NCBI GenBank assembly: GCA_002309695.1
Contig: DBXV01000025.1
Span: 154,032 to 218,031, forward strand
Reading direction: 5' to 3'
Length of the DNA stretch: 64,000 nucleotides
From: Myxococcales bacterium UBA1203
GTDB lineage: Bacteria > Myxococcota > Myxococcia > Myxococcales > UBA5297
The position numbers were made by a program, and so were the translations under genes. The notes under the pieces are model-generated. The model made no database searches, was not told the DNA's origin, and saw only the letters and a list, made by a program, of their open reading frames with translations. This document shows positions 59,715 through 64,000 of this stretch, in pieces (position 1 is the first letter of the stretch; each line of letters opens with the position of its first letter).

Positions 59715-60611
59715 ATGAAAATGAAGCTGATTCTCGCGCTGTCCGCCGCTGTTGCTCTTGGATTTGCCGCCTGCGGCGGTGACGACAAGGACGACGACAA
59801 GCCTACCGTGACCGATGCCGGCATCACTGTGACCGACGGCGGCATCACCGTGACCGACGCGGGGCACGAGACCTCCGATGCCAGCCATGAAACGACAGAT
59901 GCCTCCGTGGCTGATGCCTCTGAGCCCACAGACGCCGCCGTCATCACTGACGCATCCGAAGAAGACGCCAGCATCGTCGATCAGGACGCCACCGAGCCCC
60001 CCGCTGGCGAGGTCAAACTCGTCATCAGCCAGATCTATCTGGGAGGCACCAGCGCCGAGAGCGAGTCCTACGATCACACCTATGTGGAGATCTTCAATGC
60101 GGGCGCGGCCGAGGTAAATCTCAAGGGCTACGCCCTTCTCTACGCCAACAAAAAGGGCGAGCAGGGCACCATCACCCGGCTCTCCGACTACGACGCGTGC
60201 GCCAACGACGGCTGCAAAATCGGGGCGGGCCACTACTTCCTGATGCAGATCAAGACGACGCATTCGGGTGAGGGCATCTCGTCGCTTAGCTTTGACGTTG
60301 ACCTGGGCGGCGCTCCCAACATCGGTCAGAGCGGCACCTTTGCAATCGTCGATGGCGGAGAAACGCTTGATGCCCTCAACGATTGTGCCGCGGTCAAGTC
60401 AGCCGCCATCGACATGGTGGGTCTCGGTTCCGACAACACCTGCTCGGAGCACCCCGCCACGGGCATCACCGCTCAGGACGGCAACCGGGGAACCAAGGTC
60501 TATATGCGTAAAGGCGCCGGCTGCACCGACACGGACAACGACAGCGCCGACTTCGAGGTTGCCAATCCCGAACCCCGCAACCTCAGCTCCGACGCCAACG
60601 TCTGCGACTAA
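59715..60611 (+). CDS. Lipoprotein with an acidic tandem-repeat linker and a lamin-tail-domain (LTD)-like C-terminus
   Basis: ATG 59715 follows GAGGAG: MKMKLILALSAAVALGFAAC-GGDD. LTD-like VKLVISQIYLGG...YVEIFNAGAAEVNLKGYALLY. Confidence 0.75.
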   Translation: MKMKLILALSAAVALGFAACGGDDKDDDKPTVTDAGITVTDGGITVTDAGHETSDASHETTDASVADASEPTDAAVITDASEEDASIVDQDATEPPAGEVKLVISQIYLGGTSAESESYDHTYVEIFNAGAAEVNLKGYALLYANKKGEQGTITRLSDYDACANDGCKIGAGHYFLMQIKTTHSGEGISSLSFDVDLGGAPNIGQSGTFAIVDGGETLDALNDCAAVKSAAIDMVGLGSDNTCSEHPATGITAQDGNRGTKVYMRKGAGCTDTDNDSADFEVANPEPRNLSSDANVCD

Positions 60612-60635
60612 CGGCATAGGACACGAGAGCAGTGA

Positions 60636-60674
60636 AAAGAGCGGCCTTCGGGAAACCGGGGGCCGCTTTTTTAT
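60636..60674 (+). terminator. Rho-independent terminator
   Basis: agcggcc-ttcgggaaaccgggg-ggccgct followed by tttttatt. Confidence 0.7.
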
Positions 60675-60798
60675 TGCCTGCAAAACGCCCGACGCCGGCA
60701 GCGCGAATTTTTTCCCAGGACGGACTTCCAAAATCCGCCGCCGTGCTATCGGCCCGCCGCCCACGGTCCCGATTTCACGTTTCACGAGGAGAAAACGA

Positions 60799-62967
60799 AT
60801 GACCAAAACGAAGACGAAGAAGCACGCACTCCGCAGACTGGCTCTGTCGCTGGGCGCCTCCCTCCTGCTGTGCACTGCCGCGGCCTGCGACAAGGCCTGC
60901 GGCACCACCGATCCGGCGGTTTCCGGAGACAAAACCGACAAAACCGCCATTGGGCAGAAAGCAGCCGCCGACACCATGAACCGCCTTCCCCGCGTTGCCG
61001 TCCCCCTCATTGAGCATCGACTCTCGCCCGAGCAGGTTCGGGCAAAGGGCGCCGAGGCCGAGAAGACCTGCCGCGCAGCCATGGACGCCATCGCAGCCGT
61101 GGCCCCGGAGAGCCGCACCTTCGACAACACCGTGGAGGCCTTCGAGCAGGCGGTGTCCGACTACATGGACGCCGTGAACCGCCTGACGATTCTCAAGGAC
61201 GTGCATCCCGAGAAGGACGTGCGCCTAGCCGCCGCCGATGTTGAGGAAACCTCGGGCAAATTTGTCGTGGAGCTGATGGCGCGCCGCGACGTGTATGCGG
61301 CCCTCGACGGCTACGCCAAAGACGGCGCCGCGAAGGAGAAGCTGGACGCGGAGCAGGTTCGGCTGATGACTCTGACCCTGCGCGACTTCCGCAGGAACGG
61401 CCTCTCTCTGCCCGAGGAGCAGCAGAAGAAGCTGGTGGCCATTCAAAAGAAGCTGGTGGAGCTCCAGAGCCAGTTCGGCCTGAACCTCAACTCGAACACC
61501 TCGCACATCGTCGTGACGGAGGCGGAGCTCAAAGGGCTGCCCGAGGCCTACGTGAAGCGCCTGAAAGATGCGCCGGACGGCAAGGGCAAGATCGTCACCT
61601 GCAAGTACCCCGATTACTTCCCCTTCATGGAGAACGCGGTGGACGGCGCGGCGCGGCGGCGGCTCTACGTGGCCTTCCAGACGCGCGAGGCCGAGAAGAA
61701 CACGCCGCTGATGAAGGAGGCGATCCGGCTGCGCGACGAGGCGGCGAAGCTGCTGGGCTACAAGAGCCACGCGGATTTCGTGACCGAGGACCGGATGGCC
61801 AAGTCCAGCGACAACGTGAAGGCCTTCCTCAACGACCTGAAAGACCGGCTGGTTCCGCGGCGCGACGCCGACTACGCGAAGCTGACGGCGCTCAAGCGGG
61901 AGATGACGGGCGACGAGAAGGCGGTCCTGGAGCCCTGGGACACGTCCTTCTATTTCAACCAGCTCAAGAAGCGGGACTGGGCGCTCGATACCGAGGCCAT
62001 CCGCGCCTACTTCCCCATGGAGACGGTGCTGAAAGGGCTGTTCAGCGTTTACGAGCAGCTGTTCTCCATTCGCATCAGCCGCGTGAAGGGCGCCGACACC
62101 TGGGCCGAGGTGCCGCTCTTTGAGATCACCGATGCTGCCGACGGCAGCCACGTGGCGCACTTCTACCTGGACCTGTATCCGCGCGAGGGGAAGTACGGCC
62201 ACGCGGCAGCGGCTGGCGTCACCGTGGCCCGGCGCATGGGTGACAAGTACCTGGCGCCCATCGCCCTGATGATGACCAACTTTAATCCCTCGACCCCGGA
62301 GGCGCCGTCGCTCCTCTCGCACAGCGAGGTCGAGACGCTCTTCCACGAGTTTGGCCACATCATGCACCAGACGCTGACGGCCGCCCGCTACGGCAGCCTG
62401 TCGGGGACCGCGGTGGCACGGGACTTCGTCGAGGCGCCCTCGCAGATGCTGGAGAACTGGGTCTTCGAGAAGGAAGTGCTGGACCGCATGAGCGGCCACT
62501 GGCAGGACCCGTCGAAGAAGCTGCCCGCCGAGACGGTGGAGAAGCTCAAGGCCGCCCGCACCTTCAACGCCGGCTACCACTACACGCGGCAGATTTTCCT
62601 CGCGCTCTTCGACCAGACCATTCACACCATGGGGCCGGATGTGGATGTGGATGCGGTTGACCGCGACCTCTACGCCAAAGTGCTCGGACTGAAGCCTGTG
62701 GAGGAGGCCCGCTTCCCCGCGACCTTCAACCACCTGATGGGCGGATATGACTCCGGCTACTACGGATACCTCTGGTCTGAGGTTTTTGCTGATGACATGT
62801 TCACACGGTTCAAGGCCAACGGCATTTTGGACGCAGCCACGGGCATGAGCTACCGGCGGAACATTCTGGAGCCCGGCAAAATGCTGGACGCCGACGTGCT
62901 GCTGAAAAACTTCCTCGGCCGCGAGCCCAGCAAGGACGCGTTCCTCGGGAAGCTGGGGATTCAGTAA
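60799..62967 (+). CDS. Lipoprotein, M3-family oligopeptidase (thimet oligopeptidase / Dcp-like)
   Basis: ATG 60799: MTKTKTKKHALRRLALSLGASLLLCTAAAC-DK. Zinc motif HEFGHIMH. Confidence 0.85.
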   Translation: MTKTKTKKHALRRLALSLGASLLLCTAAACDKACGTTDPAVSGDKTDKTAIGQKAAADTMNRLPRVAVPLIEHRLSPEQVRAKGAEAEKTCRAAMDAIAAVAPESRTFDNTVEAFEQAVSDYMDAVNRLTILKDVHPEKDVRLAAADVEETSGKFVVELMARRDVYAALDGYAKDGAAKEKLDAEQVRLMTLTLRDFRRNGLSLPEEQQKKLVAIQKKLVELQSQFGLNLNSNTSHIVVTEAELKGLPEAYVKRLKDAPDGKGKIVTCKYPDYFPFMENAVDGAARRRLYVAFQTREAEKNTPLMKEAIRLRDEAAKLLGYKSHADFVTEDRMAKSSDNVKAFLNDLKDRLVPRRDADYAKLTALKREMTGDEKAVLEPWDTSFYFNQLKKRDWALDTEAIRAYFPMETVLKGLFSVYEQLFSIRISRVKGADTWAEVPLFEITDAADGSHVAHFYLDLYPREGKYGHAAAAGVTVARRMGDKYLAPIALMMTNFNPSTPEAPSLLSHSEVETLFHEFGHIMHQTLTAARYGSLSGTAVARDFVEAPSQMLENWVFEKEVLDRMSGHWQDPSKKLPAETVEKLKAARTFNAGYHYTRQIFLALFDQTIHTMGPDVDVDAVDRDLYAKVLGLKPVEEARFPATFNHLMGGYDSGYYGYLWSEVFADDMFTRFKANGILDAATGMSYRRNILEPGKMLDADVLLKNFLGREPSKDAFLGKLGIQ

Positions 62968-63001
62968 TCTGATTCTCCTTTCAGGTCTCCCCACAAAAAA
63001 A

Positions 63002-63040
63002 TCCCCTCTCCAGCATAAATGGAGGGGGGATTTTTTATTA
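63002..63040 (+). terminator. Rho-independent terminator, near-twin of the one at 17585
   Basis: tcccctctcc-agcataaat-ggaggggga followed by ttttttatta. Confidence 0.75.
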
Positions 63041-63241
63041 TGAATATCTTCGTCTGACCGCAGCAATCAAACCCTCTCCGGCCCTTAAAGTATTACTTCA
63101 GGCGAATAGATGCCCCCCCCCAGCAGCACATTATCTGCTCAAGTCGTATTTTTGCGCTAGATCCAGATCCTTCATCGGCTGATACTGGATTATACGCAGC
63201 GCAGCATCTCCGGTCTTTGCCATAGATGAAAGGATGCCTCC

Positions 63242-64000
63242 ATGTCAGATCTCAAACTTCGTCGTGCCCGCATGTTATTTCTTCTTGGCGTCGCCGCATT
63301 GCTTTTTGCTTCCTGCGGCGGGGATAAAAATTCAGACGATAATTCGTTTTATGCCGTTCCCGAATGGATGAATGAACACAAAGATGATATTGTGTTTTGG
63401 GCCAGGGGGCCACTTGCTCGGCAGACATTTAGTGACAGATATATATTTTACGAAAATGGCAGCAATTTTATGTTTGTGAAAGGAAACTGCGAATTTTGGG
63501 TTTATTTAGGTGATAATATCGGTTTTGGAGATGATCCGTATGGACCGGAGCGATGGTCGGATATTTATACGGGAATTTTACCTGAGGCTGAATGTATTCA
63601 ATTTCAAAAAGACATGAGATTAGGCAGAAATGCCTATCAGTGTGTATATAATGATTGCCATTACGTCGGAAGTTTGCCGACTGATGTCAGTCTTGGCGTT
63701 TATCAGATGATGGGAGATGCCGACGGCACTGTGCGCTGCAGCGGGTGTGGCTGTTTTGTGGATAAAAAATTGAACAAACTATATGAAAACAAACAAAAGT
63801 GGCGGGATTATATGCTGGAAAACGGAGCACCTTACGACGGAAAACTTCGGGGGATTATTGTCCGATCAAATAAAGGATTTTCCTATGGTCCAAAAAATTG
63901 GGTCGATATGCCGGCCGGGCTGGAAAAATATGTATGCGACAATGATTTTGAAGGCGATGATTTTTACCGGGGGATGAGTGTTTTGTTCCCGGATGAATAT
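63242..64000 (+). CDS. Hypothetical lipoprotein, 3'-partial (runs off the window), encoded in a low-GC segment; absent from the supplied ORF track
   Basis: Hand translation from ATG 63242 (AAAGGA 8 nt upstream) gives MSDLKLRRARMLFLLGVAALLFASC-GGDKNSDDNSFYAVPEWMNEHKDDIVFW...GMSVLFPDEY. That is 253 codons with no stop to nt 64000. The product is Cys/Tyr/Asn/Lys/Trp-rich. Confidence 0.7.
   Translation, partial: MSDLKLRRARMLFLLGVAALLFASCGGDKNSDDNSFYAVPEWMNEHKDDIVFWARGPLARQTFSDRYIFYENGSNFMFVKGNCEFWVYLGDNIGFGDDPYGPERWSDIYTGILPEAECIQFQKDMRLGRNAYQCVYNDCHYVGSLPTDVSLGVYQMMGDADGTVRCSGCGCFVDKKLNKLYENKQKWRDYMLENGAPYDGKLRGIIVRSNKGFSYGPKNWVDMPAGLEKYVCDNDFEGDDFYRGMSVLFPDEY

Noticed and set aside
61225-63066. 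613-aa ORF on the minus strand
   Set aside because: It is antisense to the M3 peptidase gene, which carries the HEFGHIMH zinc motif.
63783-63977. Listed 64-aa ORF on the plus strand
   Set aside because: It lies out of frame inside the 253-codon open-ended lipoprotein frame that starts at 63242 with an RBS and signal peptide.

Overview
High-GC bacterial chromosomal segment. Hand-counted 60-nt lines in the flanks are about 65-72% GC. The domain repertoire (thrombospondin type-3 repeat and Cys-rich lipoproteins, DUF4388-like protein, long TPR protein, PfaD-type enoyl reductase) suggests a Myxococcota-like lineage; this is inference only. The centre of the window (20.2-39.8 kb, all minus strand) is the translation supercluster fusA-tuf-rpsJ-rplD...rplQ (S10, spc and alpha operons with secY, adk, infA, rpmJ, rpoA). 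The flanks carry housekeeping genes: kdsD, truD, tyrS, uvrC, tRNA-Pro(GGG), an IHF-like gene, hslVU, a TatD-like gene, prmA, an ispA-like gene, xseB, argR, tdk, a Ppx/GppA gene and an M3 peptidase. They also carry several secreted lipoproteins and one orphan sensor kinase. I found no CRISPR array, mobile element, rRNA gene or recognisable defence or toxin cassette. I cannot point to a convincing novel multi-gene system. The observations most worth a second look are: (1) rplC is missing from between rpsJ and rplD, and rpsL-rpsG are missing upstream of fusA. (2) An ArgB/ArgA-like amino-acid-kinase-fold protein next to argR has all kinase catalytic motifs substituted and no GNAT domain. (3) GC drops sharply at 63.04 kb, where an open-ended lipoprotein ORF absent from the supplied ORF track runs off the window. 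(4) A pair of adjacent lipoproteins combines a Cys-rich/OB-like protein with a lamin-tail-domain protein. (5) The ribosomal-protein genes have strongly depressed GC. (6) IF-1, L5, UvrC and the RNAP alpha subunit carry unusual insertions or extensions. Many long ORFs in the track are antisense artefacts of high GC and were rejected.
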